Shown here one piece after another: positions 22,183-32,932 of a stretch of 64,000 nucleotides of DNA (position 1 is its first letter; the number at the start of each line of letters is the position of its first letter). Where the stretch lies: contig CAIOST010000191.1 in the NCBI GenBank assembly GCA_903861045.1, positions 23,116 through 87,115 on the forward strand. Direction: 5' to 3'. This stretch comes from an uncultured bacterium (GTDB lineage: Bacteria > Verrucomicrobiota > Kiritimatiellia > RFP12 > CAIWXQ01). A program made the translations under genes and the position numbers. Under the pieces are notes generated by a model. The model was not told where the DNA came from. It ran no database searches and was given only the letters and a program-made list of their open reading frames with translations.

Positions 22183-22524
22183 ATGAAATACGTCATTGCC
22201 ATCATACAACCGGATCGTCTGGACGATGTACTTGTCAAACTGGAGGAAAAGGAGATTCATCTGGTGACGGTTTCACCGGTACTGGGCCGCGGCCGTCAGA
22301 AAGGCATTGCCGAAATCTACCGCAGCCACAAAGAAGCCGGCACACTTCTGCGCAAAGTAAAACTAGAAATCGCCGTGAATGACAACTTCCTCCCCGACAC
22401 CCTCGCGGCCATCACCGCCGGCGCCCACAGCGGCCAAATTGGCGACGGCAAGATCTTGGTACTGGATCTTCAGGATGTGATTCGCATCCGCACCGGGGAA
22501 CAGGGGGAGACGGCCGTGGGGTAA
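22183..22524 (+). CDS. glnK: nitrogen regulatory protein P-II
   Basis: 113 aa aligns to GlnB/GlnK (GRGRQKG...YR T-loop tyrosine, GDGKILVLDLQDVIRIRTGE). 22 bp after amtB. Confidence 0.9.
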   Translation: MKYVIAIIQPDRLDDVLVKLEEKEIHLVTVSPVLGRGRQKGIAEIYRSHKEAGTLLRKVKLEIAVNDNFLPDTLAAITAGAHSGQIGDGKILVLDLQDVIRIRTGEQGETAVG

Positions 22525-22595
22525 CGCAGCCACCGGCCAGCACCTATACGCCCCGCGCGAGTCCACGGTGGGCCCGGCCGTGCCGCGGCCCCAAC

Positions 22596-23567
22596 TTAGG
22601 CCTCCTCGGCCACCCTTCGACCCCTCGCACCGCCCCCAATCCGGTGCAGGGTGACCTCCGGGGGACAAAAGAAGCGCACGTCGACGCCGGAGCACCCAGC
22701 GCCCGCCGAAGTATAGCCCTGCAATTCCTGATAGTGCCAAGCTCCGCGCGCCATGCGGACGGGCACCCGGGCATTGATCATCAGCGGGACGCCACCCGGC
22801 AGACAAATCTGTCCGGCATGCGTATGCCCACAGAGCAACAGATCAAAACCGCACGCCGCCGCTTTCCGGAAAATCTCGGGCGAATGCGCCAGCAGCACGG
22901 CCGACGTACGGTGCTCAAGCTTGGCAGCGGCCTTCTGAATGTTGTCCGCCTCATAAAAGTGCGGATCGTCGACGCCCGCTAGACAAATGGAGGCCTCTCC
23001 CCGTCGCAGCCATACCGATTCGTTCATCAGAAACCGAATCCCCATGGCTTCCAGCGGCGTGAGCATTTCGATGAAATCGTGATTCCCCATCACGGCATAG
23101 ACGTCGCCCCGCAGCGCGGGTCGCAGCCGCCGCATCGCCTCCATGGCAGGTTCACTCGCGCCGTACATCTGCGACCGCAAATCCCCCGTAATAACGCAGA
23201 GATCGTAGGTGAGCGGTGCCACCGCCTTGGCAATGGCTGGCACAAGATCCGGATTAATGTCCAAGTGGAGATCGGACAGGTGCAGAATGGTGAAACCATC
23301 AAAGGCGCGGGGCCATGTTGCGACCACCACCTGATTCTGCCGCACCACGATGCGCTGCGCATTCCGCTGCCCCCAGCGGTACAGTCCGACCATACGCAGA
23401 AGTAACCGAATCAGCCAATGCAGCCACAACATGTTCTCGATGTGGAAATACGTCAGCCCATGCCCCATCACATGCGAGACCCAATGGGCCTGCATGTACA
23501 GACGATGCGCCAGATGAGCACGCCCAAGCCGCTGCTCCATGGCCCTATAGAGTGACTCGTCTTCCAT
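22596..23567 (-). CDS. calcineurin-like metallophosphoesterase, membrane-associated
   Basis: GDLHLD, GNHD and GHTH motifs after a hydrophobic N-terminal segment. Confidence 0.75.
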   Translation of the reverse strand: MEDESLYRAMEQRLGRAHLAHRLYMQAHWVSHVMGHGLTYFHIENMLWLHWLIRLLLRMVGLYRWGQRNAQRIVVRQNQVVVATWPRAFDGFTILHLSDLHLDINPDLVPAIAKAVAPLTYDLCVITGDLRSQMYGASEPAMEAMRRLRPALRGDVYAVMGNHDFIEMLTPLEAMGIRFLMNESVWLRRGEASICLAGVDDPHFYEADNIQKAAAKLEHRTSAVLLAHSPEIFRKAAACGFDLLLCGHTHAGQICLPGGVPLMINARVPVRMARGAWHYQELQGYTSAGAGCSGVDVRFFCPPEVTLHRIGGGARGRRVAEEA

Positions 23568-23791
23568 GTTACCCGCCCCCCTCGCTACCGCTTATGAGGG
23601 CCACGCCTGCCGGCGCCGCGTAGGCGTAGCGGCATCATGGCGCAGGATGCCACGCCGTGTCAATTCCAAGGTCTGGCCCACAAAAGGGGAGATGGGACGC
23701 CGGCACGTCGTGAAATTTTGCCACGAACCGCCGCATTCACGGCTTCGCCCCCTACCCCTTTACCGCGCGAGCGGCACCGCGCCCCCCGCCT

Positions 23792-23827
23792 AAAAAAAAC
23801 AACGACAGCGAGGGCGCTGCCGTTGTT
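23792..23827 (-). terminator. rho-independent terminator after the acyl-CoA dehydrogenase gene
   Basis: On the minus strand: 13-bp stem with 1 mismatch (CAACAACGGCAGCG / CGCTGTCGTTG), AGGG loop, then U8. Confidence 0.55.
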
Positions 23828-23857
23828 GCGTCTGCTAGCTACATTCCAAGGTGCCGA

Positions 23858-25605
23858 TCAGTCAGCCACAGGCAGCTGGCTGGCCAACGTCTCGAATTCC
23901 GCCAGGCTGGAGGCCTCGCCGGAGCAAACCTGCTCCTTAAGCATCCGGAGCTGCGGCAACCGCTCGGCCATCCAACGCTTGGCCACCACCAGTTTTTTGG
24001 CGTTCGCTGTGGCGTAATCGCAAAACAGACTGCCTGCCAGAAGATAGCAGGCCATGTCTACCAACTTGCGGGCATGCACATCACGATACGCATTGCCCGT
24101 CTGCGCCTTGACATACGCAATCGCGTCATTCAACAGCCCGACCCCCTCGCGGATCTTCGCCACCACCGGCTCGAGCTCCGGTGACCAGGTGCGGTTCCCC
24201 AACACTTCCTGAACCGCTTCCACGGCGGTACCGCCCATGACGCCGGCGGTCATGGCCACCACCTGCAACTGGCTCGTGCCCTCATAAATTGTGGTAATGC
24301 GGGCATCGCGCAGATATCGCTCCACCGCATAGTCCTTCATGTACCCGCTGCCACCCAGCACGGCCATCGCGCCATTGGAGGTGCGCATAGACATCTCAGA
24401 GGCGTAGTACTTGGCCATCGGCGTGAGCAGCTTATTAGAGGCCTTGTACTTGCGGGCCTCGGTGCGCAGGCGCTTGGTTTCCTCGGCATCCGCCTGTCCG
24501 GACTCCAACCGGCGGGCGGTGCCGAACTCCAGATCCACGGAAAAGGCCGCATGGTAGGTGATGGCACGCGCGGCCTGCAGGTCCAGGCTCATATCCACCA
24601 GCAAATCACGCACAGACGGGAAGTTGTCAATGGCCGTGTTGAACTGCTTGCGGCTGCGGGCGTAATCGCGGGCGACGCGGCAGGAAGCCTCGCCAATACC
24701 CAGGCTTTGCGCCGCAATGCCGATACGCGCCCCGTTCATCAGACTCATCACGTACGTGATCAAGCCACGCTGGCGCTCGCCAATCAGCTTGGCGGGACAG
24801 TCATCGAACACCAGTTCGCACGTCGGGCTACCGTTAATGCCGAGTTTGTGCTCCAGGCGGCGCACGCGCACCCGCGGATTGCGCTCCACTAGCAGACAGG
24901 ATAGACCGCGCCCATCCGCGATTTCCGGCTCGGTACGGGCCAGTACGAGCAGCACCTCGCCACAGCCGTTGGTGATAAAGCGCTTCACGCCGCGGACAAA
25001 CCAGTTGCCATTGGCATCCTGATAGGCGCGCGTCTTGACGGCCTGCAGGTCGCTGCCGGCATCAGGCTCGGTCAGCACCATCGCGCCGGTAAACTCGCCG
25101 CTGGCCATGCGGGGGAGGTATTCCTGCTTGATCTCTTCGCTGGCAAAATTGTTGATCGTCTCGGCGATCCCCTGCAAGCCATAGAGGTTCATCAGCGACG
25201 CGTCGGCGCGACTGACGATGTCGTTGGACATGGTGTAAAGCAACTGCGGGCAGTTCAGGCCGCCATAGCGGTAGGGCAGCGTGAACCCCATGACATCGGC
25301 CTGGCTCAACAGCTTGAGGGCCTCGATCACGCCAGGCGCATAGGTTACACTGCCATCGGCATTCAGTGTATTGCCGACCGTATCCGTCTCCGCGGCACTT
25401 AACGCGACGCGATCGCCGACAATCTCGCCGATCGTGGTTAGGACACGCTCATAGTTGTCCCGTGCATCGGCCGCATCGCTCGGCGCGAACGCGAAATCGC
25501 GAGCGAACCGGTAGTTCTCTTCGGTCAGCTTCGACAACCGCGCAAAATCCATGTGGCGGAAAAGGAACTGGATATCCTCATTGTCGGTATAAAAGTTTGC
25601 CATGT
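23858..25605 (-). CDS. long acyl-CoA dehydrogenase (~580 aa, FadE/ACAD family)
   Basis: Start at MANFYTDNED. ACAD N/middle/C domains (VLTEPDAGSD, FITNG, GGSGYMKDY) present, plus a C-terminal extension. Confidence 0.82.
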
Positions 25606-25631
25606 GCGTGTACCTTTTTCTGCGACGTTGC

Positions 25632-26696
25632 TTATGCCTTGGCGGCCGCCTCGGCGGCCTTGGTGATACTGGCGCCACTACGAATCGCCTTGATCATCCG
25701 GGGAACCACCTCGGTCAAGTCGCCCACGATGCCGTAGTGCGCGATGCCGAAGATCGGCGCGTCCTTGTCGTTATTGATTGCCAGAATCTTGGCTGCCTCC
25801 TGCATACCCGCACGGTGCTGTATGGCGCCGGAAAGCCCGCAAGCGATGTACAACGCGGGGCGCACGGTCGTGCCCGTCTGGCCAATCTGGTGGTCGTGAT
25901 CCACGTACCCCAGATCCACGGCCGCCCGGCTGCCACCCACAGCGCCACCGAGAATATTGGCCAGGTCCCAGAGCGGCCGGAAGTTTTCACGGCTCCCCAC
26001 GCCCGCGCCACCGGCCACAATGATGCGCGCACCCTTCAGGTTCACCTTCTTGGGGCGGCGGTGCGACTCCAGCACTTCCACCGGCAGCGGCATTCCCGTC
26101 AGATTGACAGAGCAGCGGATGGTAACCCCGCTACGGCCAGGGACCGGCGTGGACATGCGCATGACGCCTTCGCGCACGGTGGCCATCTGGGGCCAGCGGT
26201 GCGGATTAACGATTGTGGCGATAATATTACCACCGAAAGCCGGCCGGATCTGCAACAGCAAATTACTCAACCGCTCCTTGGTGGCCGGTTCCGTGTGCTC
26301 ACCAATCTCCAGATCCGTGCAATCGGCCGTCAGGCCACACCGCATGCAGGAGGCCACCGTGGGCGCCAGATCGCGCCCCATCGGCGTCGCGCCAAAGAGG
26401 CAGATCTGCGGTTTCTGCTGGGTGATCAGATCGCAGATCACCTTGGTATAGCTGGCCGTTTGGTAGTGGCCCAGCACCGCATCCTCCGCCAGATAGACCT
26501 TGTCGGCGCCGTGCAGAATAAGCTGACTCGCCAGGTCGGACACATTCCGGCCCAGCAGTACGGCACCCAACGGCACCTGCAACTGATCGGCCAGTTCCCG
26601 CCCCTTGCTCAACAGCTCCAGCGGCACGTCAGAAAGCTTGCCCGCTTCCTGTTCCGCGTAGATCCAGACTTCGCCCTGCCGGTTGACTTCGATCAT
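25632..26696 (-). CDS. etfA: electron transfer flavoprotein alpha subunit
   Basis: Start MIEVNRQGEVWIYAE; QIGQTGTTVRPALYIACGLSGAIQHRAGM FAD-binding signature. Confidence 0.85.
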   Translation of the reverse strand: MIEVNRQGEVWIYAEQEAGKLSDVPLELLSKGRELADQLQVPLGAVLLGRNVSDLASQLILHGADKVYLAEDAVLGHYQTASYTKVICDLITQQKPQICLFGATPMGRDLAPTVASCMRCGLTADCTDLEIGEHTEPATKERLSNLLLQIRPAFGGNIIATIVNPHRWPQMATVREGVMRMSTPVPGRSGVTIRCSVNLTGMPLPVEVLESHRRPKKVNLKGARIIVAGGAGVGSRENFRPLWDLANILGGAVGGSRAAVDLGYVDHDHQIGQTGTTVRPALYIACGLSGAIQHRAGMQEAAKILAINNDKDAPIFGIAHYGIVGDLTEVVPRMIKAIRSGASITKAAEAAAKA

Positions 26697-26784
26697 GTTC
26701 GTATTCCTCGTAAAAAACGCTGATGAATTCCGGGGCCGGCCGGATCCATGCCTGCGCACGGATCGCCGCTCACCCCCATGTGGC

Positions 26785-27690
26785 TCACCCGATGGTATGG
26801 TCCTCAATCAATTCGCCGAGCAGCTGGGTTACGCCCGCCTCGGTCGGGGGGAACTCCTTGTAGTCACCACCCGCCAGCACGATGGACTGGATGCGATGCA
26901 CCTTGGTCGGACTGCCGGCACCGCCGCACCAAGCCAGATCCGCCTGCAGATCGTCCAGATTCCACTGGGTGATCAACAACCCCTTGGCCGCCAAGGCCGC
27001 GCAGCGCCGCTTCCCTTCTTCTGCCTTGGCTTCCGCCGTGGCCGACGGCAGATCCGCCTCCACCGCCTTGGCCACTTCCACCGGGGCGCGTGCTTTCTTG
27101 CACTTCATAGCCTTCTTGAGTGCATTCGGCCGCGGGTGATTCGCCGTCTCGATCACCGTGAAGAGTGCGGGGAGACGCGCCTTGACCACTTCGTACCCGT
27201 TGCCCACATTGCGACGCGCCGTCGCGGTGCGCCCATTCAGCGTCAGCTCTTCCAGATACGTGACCAGCGTGAAGCCGATTTTCTCCGCGAGCTGCGGGCC
27301 GACCTGGGCCGTATCCCCGTCAATCGCCTGCCGGCCGCAAAAGATCAGATCCGGATGCAACTTCTTGGCAGCACAGGCCAGGATGTAGCTGGTCGCCAGC
27401 GTATCCGAGGCCGCGGCCCGGCGGTCCGTCACCAGGGCGGCCGCATCCGCGCCCCGGAAGAGCGCCTCGCGCAGCACCTCGCATGCGGCGGGCAGTCCCA
27501 TGGTGATCACGGTGACGGTGCCGCCGTGCACATCGCGCACGCGCAGCGCGGCTTCCAGCGCATTGAGGTCCTCCGGATTGAACACCGCCGGTAGCGCGGC
27601 CCGATTGACGGTGCCGTCCTCTTTCATGGCCTGGCCGGTAATCCGTTTGGTATCCGGCACCTGCTTCACACATACGACACAGTTATAGCC
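26785..27690 (-). CDS. etfB: electron transfer flavoprotein beta subunit
   Basis: CVKQVPD N-terminus. AGGAG Shine-Dalgarno 8 nt before a GTG at ~27690; an alternative ATG lies at 27717. Confidence 0.82.
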   Translation of the reverse strand, partial: GYNCVVCVKQVPDTKRITGQAMKEDGTVNRAALPAVFNPEDLNALEAALRVRDVHGGTVTVITMGLPAACEVLREALFRGADAAALVTDRRAAASDTLATSYILACAAKKLHPDLIFCGRQAIDGDTAQVGPQLAEKIGFTLVTYLEELTLNGRTATARRNVGNGYEVVKARLPALFTVIETANHPRPNALKKAMKCKKARAPVEVAKAVEADLPSATAEAKAEEGKRRCAALAAKGLLITQWNLDDLQADLAWCGGAGSPTKVHRIQSIVLAGGDYKEFPPTEAGVTQLLGELIEDHTIG

Positions 27691-27811
27691 CACGTTGATC
27701 GCTCCTGCTAAGGCCACCTGCGCCGGGAAAACCCGACCTGCAGCGGCATGATCTATTCACGAAAAAAGGTTACTTCTGCTGACGGTTACCAGGGATCCGC
27801 CAGAAGAGTCC

Positions 27812-28231
27812 TTACACTTCCTTGCCTGGCACGCAGAACCACTCCGCTTCGGCCGCCAGTTCCTCACCCACCCAGGCCTTGCCGCGCTGTTTGACCAGAC
27901 GACTGGACACTTTCAAGTTCTCAATCTCCAAGCGTAGCAGTTCATTCGGCCGCACCTGCCGCCGGAACTTGGCTTCCGCAACGGAAACCAGCAGAAACAC
28001 ACGGTTCTGCATCAGTCCTGCTTCCACAAGCCCGGCCCCGCCACATTGTGCCATGGTCTCAACCAGTACCACGCCCGGCACCACGGGATAACCCGGAAAA
28101 TGCCCCTGAAAGAACCACGTGCTCTCGGGAAACGTGCGCTCGCCGACAATCTTCTCGGCGCTGGCTTCCAAAATTCGATCCACAAAGAGAAAGGGATCGC
28201 GATGAGGAATCAGGGACGTAATCGGATTCAT
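27812..28231 (-). CDS. fabZ: 3-hydroxyacyl-ACP dehydratase FabZ
   Basis: 139 aa, LIPHRDPFLFVDRIL...GHFPGYPVVPGVVLVETMAQ hot-dog fold. Overlaps the fabF stop (ATGA). Confidence 0.9.
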   Translation of the reverse strand: MNPITSLIPHRDPFLFVDRILEASAEKIVGERTFPESTWFFQGHFPGYPVVPGVVLVETMAQCGGAGLVEAGLMQNRVFLLVSVAEAKFRRQVRPNELLRLEIENLKVSSRLVKQRGKAWVGEELAAEAEWFCVPGKEV

Positions 28232-29481
28232 GATGCTACCTTTCTAAAAGCCAGCACGCCATTGTGCCCGCCGAAGCCCAGCGATGTGGAGATCGCGGCA
28301 CGCAGCGGACCGCTCACCCCCTGATTCGGCACACAGTCCAGATCGCACGCCGGATCCGGCGTTTCCTGATTGATCGTGGGCGGGAAGAACTGGTCATGCA
28401 GCGCCATCACACAAACCACAGCCTCAATGGCTCCCGCCGCACCCATCAAATGGCCGGTCATGCTTTTGGTGGACGACATTTTCAGCAAGCGGGCATGGTC
28501 ACCAAAAACCGTCTTCACGGCCTTGGTCTCCATGGGGTCATTCAAGGGCGTGGACGTGCCGTGCGCATTGACATAATCCACCTCTGTCACAGCCATGCCG
28601 GCATCCTGCAGGGCCAGTCGGATGGCGCGCACCGCCCCCTCGCCTTCCGGATGCGGCGCCGTCAAGTGATGGGCATCACCGGTGGCGCCATACCCCGCCA
28701 GCTCCGCATAGATACGGGCGCCGCGGCGCATCGCATGTTCATATTCTTCCAGAATCAGAACGCCGGAACCTTCCCCCATCACAAAACCATCGCGGTTCAG
28801 ATCAAAGGGGCGACTCGCCTTGGTGGGCGTATCATTGTATTTCGTCGACAAGGCCTTGAGCGCGCAGAACCCGCCAATGCAGAATTCGGTCACGGCGGCC
28901 TCCGTACCCCCGGAAATCACCACGTCGGCTCGTCCGGCGCGGATCGCATCCAGCGCCAGGCCGATCGCATCCGTGGCGGACGCACAGGCCGTGTTGACGG
29001 TGTGCGCAAAGCCCTTGGCCTGCAGCGCAATCGAGACGTTTCCAGCCGCCTCATTCGAAATCAACTTGGGAATGGTCATGGCCGACATACGGCCCGGCCC
29101 ACGCTCCTGCAGCGTTTTATACCCCTCGTCGTGTATCTCTGCGCCGCCAATGCCATTCCCCAGAATCACCGCCGTGCGTTCCGCCGCGCTGCCGCCCTTG
29201 TCTAACCCGGCATCCGCCCAAGCCATCTTAGCCGCGGCCACCGCATACTGCGTGAACAACGCCATGCGGCGGGCCTCTTTCGGGTCCATGTGCCGCCCAG
29301 GCTCGAAGTTTTTCACCTCCGCCGCCACCCGACAATCCACGCGTGATGCATCAAAGCGGGAGATCGGGCCGACCCCGGAGACGCTGTTGCGTATGCTACT
29401 CCAAAATTCCTGCACGGTGTTGCCAATCGGCGTAACCGCACCGAGCCCCGTAATCACCACGCGCTTCCGATTTACACACAT
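28228..29481 (-). CDS. fabF: 3-oxoacyl-ACP synthase II
   Basis: Start MCVNRKRVVITGLGAVTPIGN with GGGGGAG Shine-Dalgarno. KAS active-site Cys/His/His context conserved. Confidence 0.88.
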   Translation of the reverse strand: MCVNRKRVVITGLGAVTPIGNTVQEFWSSIRNSVSGVGPISRFDASRVDCRVAAEVKNFEPGRHMDPKEARRMALFTQYAVAAAKMAWADAGLDKGGSAAERTAVILGNGIGGAEIHDEGYKTLQERGPGRMSAMTIPKLISNEAAGNVSIALQAKGFAHTVNTACASATDAIGLALDAIRAGRADVVISGGTEAAVTEFCIGGFCALKALSTKYNDTPTKASRPFDLNRDGFVMGEGSGVLILEEYEHAMRRGARIYAELAGYGATGDAHHLTAPHPEGEGAVRAIRLALQDAGMAVTEVDYVNAHGTSTPLNDPMETKAVKTVFGDHARLLKMSSTKSMTGHLMGAAGAIEAVVCVMALHDQFFPPTINQETPDPACDLDCVPNQGVSGPLRAAISTSLGFGGHNGVLAFRKVAS

Positions 29482-29516
29482 GTGGTCTTCTCCCCCGTCA
29501 CAATCGACTAGTCCGG

Positions 29517-30489
29517 TCAGCCCTGCCACTGCACCAACGAACCGCCCCACGTGAGGCCGGCACCAAACCCGGCCAGAATCACCGTGTCGTCAGCTTGCAG
29601 CTTTCCTTCCCGATGCAACTGCTCCAGTGCCATCGGCACCGTGGCGGCCGACGTGTTGGCCAGATCGCCAATATTGACAAAAAAACGATCCAAGCCGATG
29701 TCCAGGCGACGCGCCGCCGCTTCAATAATGCGCACATTGGCCTGATGCGGCACGATCCAGCGTACCTCGCTGAGCGTAATCCCTTGCCGGGCAATCAAGT
29801 CGCGCACAATCTCCTCAAACGCTTTGACCGCAAAGTTGAACACCTGCCGGCCATTCATCTGCAGATAAGCCCCCTGCCACGGCCCCGTCTGCGGTGTACG
29901 ACACCCACCCTCATGATGGAGCGCTTGCGCCCCTTTGCCATCCGCACGCAAGATCGAATGGCGTATGCCGCCCGGACGATCACTGGCCTGCAACACGGCG
30001 GCACCGGCGCCATCGCCAAACAGCACGCAAGTATTGCGATCCTTCCAGTCGGTAATGCGCGACATCACATCCGCGCCAATCACCAGGGCCGGCCGCAAAT
30101 CGTTCTGCATCAGACTCCGGGCGGCCTCCAAAGCATAGATGAACCCGGTACACGCCGCAAACAAATCGAACGCGCCGGCATGCACCGCGCCAATGTCGCG
30201 CTGCACCAGACAGGCCGTTGAAGGAAACGCGCCATAGTCGGGCGTACTGGTGGCCACCACTACCATGCCCAGTTCTTCCGGCTTCACGCCGGCGCGGGCC
30301 AACGCCATCTTTGCGGCGCTCGTTGCCAGGGTGGCCGAACTCTCCTCCGGCCCCACAATATGCCGGGCCCGGATCCCCGTGTGCGAAAAAATCCACTCGT
30401 CGGTCGTGTCAATCGTCTTAGCCAATTCTTCGTTGGTGACACGCCGCGCCGGTAGCCCGTAACCTAAACCAGTGATATGGACATTCATG
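29517..30489 (-). CDS. fabH: 3-oxoacyl-ACP synthase III
   Basis: Start MNVHITGLGYGLP; FabH motifs (AACTGF, GNTSAAT). Confidence 0.88.
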
Positions 30490-30579
30490 ACGAGATCCTG
30501 TCTGAGGACAAACAAAGCGCAGGATTATGACAAAACGGCCACAGTTGTCAACCTGACACTTTGCCAGTTTCCGTCATGC

Positions 30580-30605
30580 CAAAAAAAAACCCCGCCTTTC
30601 GCGGG
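30580..30605 (-). terminator. rho-independent terminator downstream of tRNA-Leu
   Basis: Minus strand: CCCGC/GCGGG stem with 5-nt loop, followed by U9. Confidence 0.6.
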
Positions 30606-30611
30606 ATTTTC

Positions 30612-30700
30612 TGGTGCCAGAGGAGGGAGTCGAACCCTCACGCCTTTAAGGGGCGGTGGATTTTGAGTCCACTGCGTCTGCCATTTCGCCACCCTGGCAC
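30612..30700 (-). tRNA. tRNA-Leu (anticodon CAA), 89 nt with long variable arm and encoded CCA
   Basis: Reverse complement: 7-bp acceptor GTGCCAG/CTGGCAC, anticodon loop CTCAAAA, T-arm GGTTCGACTCC, 3' CCA. Confidence 0.85.
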
Positions 30701-30860
30701 AACCGGTTTCAAGCTGAGAACGCCGTCACTCTATCACATGGCCTACCCCCCCGGCAATCGAAACGAAACCCCTTTTCGGAAAAAACCGGCTCCTCATGGC
30801 CGAAACGGTATGTCGGGGGCCAACCACCGCCGCACGACGGTTCTTTACCACCGTCCGGCC

Positions 30861-31589
30861 TTATTCTTCGACCCCCTCTTCCTGTGCCGGTCGCCACCGG
30901 GGACGATGCCCAAACAAGATACTCCCCAGCCGCACCCAAGTAGCCCCCTCTTCCACGGCTATTTCAAAATCGTTGGACATACCCATGGACAAGTGCGGCA
31001 GCCCCACCCCCAGCTCTCGCTCCATCCGGTCGCGCAGCTCGCGCAGTCGGGCAAAGACCGGGCGTGTCTGTTGCGGATCGGGGCAGAACGGCGCCATGGT
31101 CATCAACCCCACCAGCGTAAGGGCACGCATCGGTAGCGCCTGTTCAATGACTGCTGGCAGTTCATCCGGCTTCAACCCGAACTTACTGGCCTCGCCCGAG
31201 ACATTAACCTCCAATAAGACCCGCGGCTGGCAGCCGATCTCATCTGCTACACGGTCAATCTGCGCCAACAGCCGGCCGGAATCCACCGCATGGATCACCG
31301 GAAAAAACTCCAGCGCGGCACGCACCTTGTTGCGTTGCAAATGCCCAATCAAGTGCCACTCCGGTCCGCCCGGACAGTGCGGGATCTTGGCAGCCCCTTC
31401 TTGTACCCGGTTCTCACCAAACCGGCGGATACCCGCCTGCCAGGCCTCTGCCACCACCTCCGGACCAAAGGTTTTGGTGACACCAATAAGCGCCACCTCT
31501 TCCACCCTACGCCCGGCGCGGGCGCAGGCCGCTGCCATACGCTGCTGCACCTCCGCGCAATAATCCGCGATGGAACGGTCATCCGTCAT
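30861..31589 (-). CDS. yggS: YggS-family pyridoxal-phosphate homeostasis protein
   Basis: Start at MTDDRSIADYCAEV. Alanine-racemase-N fold motifs (GVTKTF, FGENRVQE, HLIGHLQRNK). The ORF-track N-terminal extension was rejected. Confidence 0.8.
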   Translation of the reverse strand: MTDDRSIADYCAEVQQRMAAACARAGRRVEEVALIGVTKTFGPEVVAEAWQAGIRRFGENRVQEGAAKIPHCPGGPEWHLIGHLQRNKVRAALEFFPVIHAVDSGRLLAQIDRVADEIGCQPRVLLEVNVSGEASKFGLKPDELPAVIEQALPMRALTLVGLMTMAPFCPDPQQTRPVFARLRELRDRMERELGVGLPHLSMGMSNDFEIAVEEGATWVRLGSILFGHRPRWRPAQEEGVEE

Positions 31590-31623
31590 CTTAGATCCCC
31601 TCCACGCCTTGCCGCAAATCCTC

Positions 31624-32925
31624 TTACCCCTGTGCCCCACAGCTGCGCCGTCTGGCCTGAATACGCTCCCGCACCAACGCGATATGGGTACGCAGATTGT
31701 AGAGCTGATCGGCAAAACCGAGCGGCACGGACAGATGCAGCACCTCGCGCTCCATGCGCTCGATCTCGGCCAGCAGTTCGTCACCCCCCGCCAGATCCGC
31801 CTGCGCAATCCGCGCATCCAGGACGTGCAACTCACGGTAGCCGCGTGTGATTTTGCGGCGGACCCGCCAGCGGAACGTCGGTGGCACAATCTTAAACAAC
31901 GGCAACAACAGCACGAGGAACGGCACCACCATCACCTTGATGCGATCGATCGTATTGGCCACCCAAAATGGCAAATAACGCTGCAACACCGGCGGCCCGA
32001 ATTTGAAATAGCGTTCCGCCTCACGGCTCAACGGCAGATCCACATAGAGACGCGTGGGGAACACACCCGGTTCCGCCAGAATATCACCAGCCGCATGCAC
32101 GCTGGACGCCGCTTGCAACGTCAGATCCTGCAAGGCCGGATGAAACGACGCGCGCGCCACCAGCGTGGCCGCGGGGGACACCAGTCGCACATCCGTGGCC
32201 GGCAGGTTCCGCTCCAAGTCCATGATCCCCTGCGGGAGGCGCGCCGCCGACAAGGTGCGAAACCGCCGCGCATACGCCTGCGCGCGCGCAAAACTCAACG
32301 GCGCCAATCGCGTATCCAGCAACAACCGGCGCACCAGCTCCGCCTCGACCGATGAGACGAGCAAAATGGCGTCCACACGCCCCTCCAACAGGGCCGACTC
32401 CGCATTCGTGCCACCCAGCGCAAGCAAGGTACTGTTCGCTTCGTGCACGCCATTTGCGGCCAGCAATTTCATAGCCAACGGGCGTGTGCCACTACCCTCG
32501 CCCCCCACCGCAAGCGCATGTCCCTTGAGATCACGGAGCAGAGCAAAGTTCGTTTCCGCCCGATGAAACACCCAGAGCGGCTCGTAACAGACGGCCCCCA
32601 GCCCAACCAAGCCGGCACCAGACCGCTCGTCCAAAACCCCGCCCTGCACCAGCGCCACATCCACGCCCGCGGCCGGATCCTGCAGCAAGCGCAGATTCTC
32701 CACCGTGCCGGCCGTCTCCCGGACTTCCACCTGGATGCCCCGTGCGGCCATGAACGTCGCGTACTGCTGAGCAAACTGATAATAGGCGCCACCTTTGGCA
32801 CCTGCCGCCAAGCGGAAGGCGCGCGGGGGCGGCGCTCCGACAAAATGATAGGCCACGGCGAACCCGGCTGCCGCCACCACCGCCGCCAACCCATACATCA
32901 CCCAGAAACTACGCGAGCTTTTCAT
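31624..32925 (-). CDS. TAXI-family TRAP transporter solute receptor with C-terminal membrane segment
   Basis: Signal or anchor N-terminus, TAXI fold (GAKGGAYYQFA), C-terminal hydrophobic helix VMVVPFLVLLLPLF. Confidence 0.65.
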   Translation of the reverse strand: MKSSRSFWVMYGLAAVVAAAGFAVAYHFVGAPPPRAFRLAAGAKGGAYYQFAQQYATFMAARGIQVEVRETAGTVENLRLLQDPAAGVDVALVQGGVLDERSGAGLVGLGAVCYEPLWVFHRAETNFALLRDLKGHALAVGGEGSGTRPLAMKLLAANGVHEANSTLLALGGTNAESALLEGRVDAILLVSSVEAELVRRLLLDTRLAPLSFARAQAYARRFRTLSAARLPQGIMDLERNLPATDVRLVSPAATLVARASFHPALQDLTLQAASSVHAAGDILAEPGVFPTRLYVDLPLSREAERYFKFGPPVLQRYLPFWVANTIDRIKVMVVPFLVLLLPLFKIVPPTFRWRVRRKITRGYRELHVLDARIAQADLAGGDELLAEIERMEREVLHLSVPLGFADQLYNLRTHIALVRERIQARRRSCGAQG

Positions 32926-32932
32926 AGGACTC

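Noticed and set aside
23568-23857. Repeated decamer ATTCCAAGGT (about 23660 and 23845) between the phosphoesterase and ACAD genes
   Set aside because: Only two copies 180 bp apart, with no flanking symmetry. Likely chance, though it could mark promoter elements.
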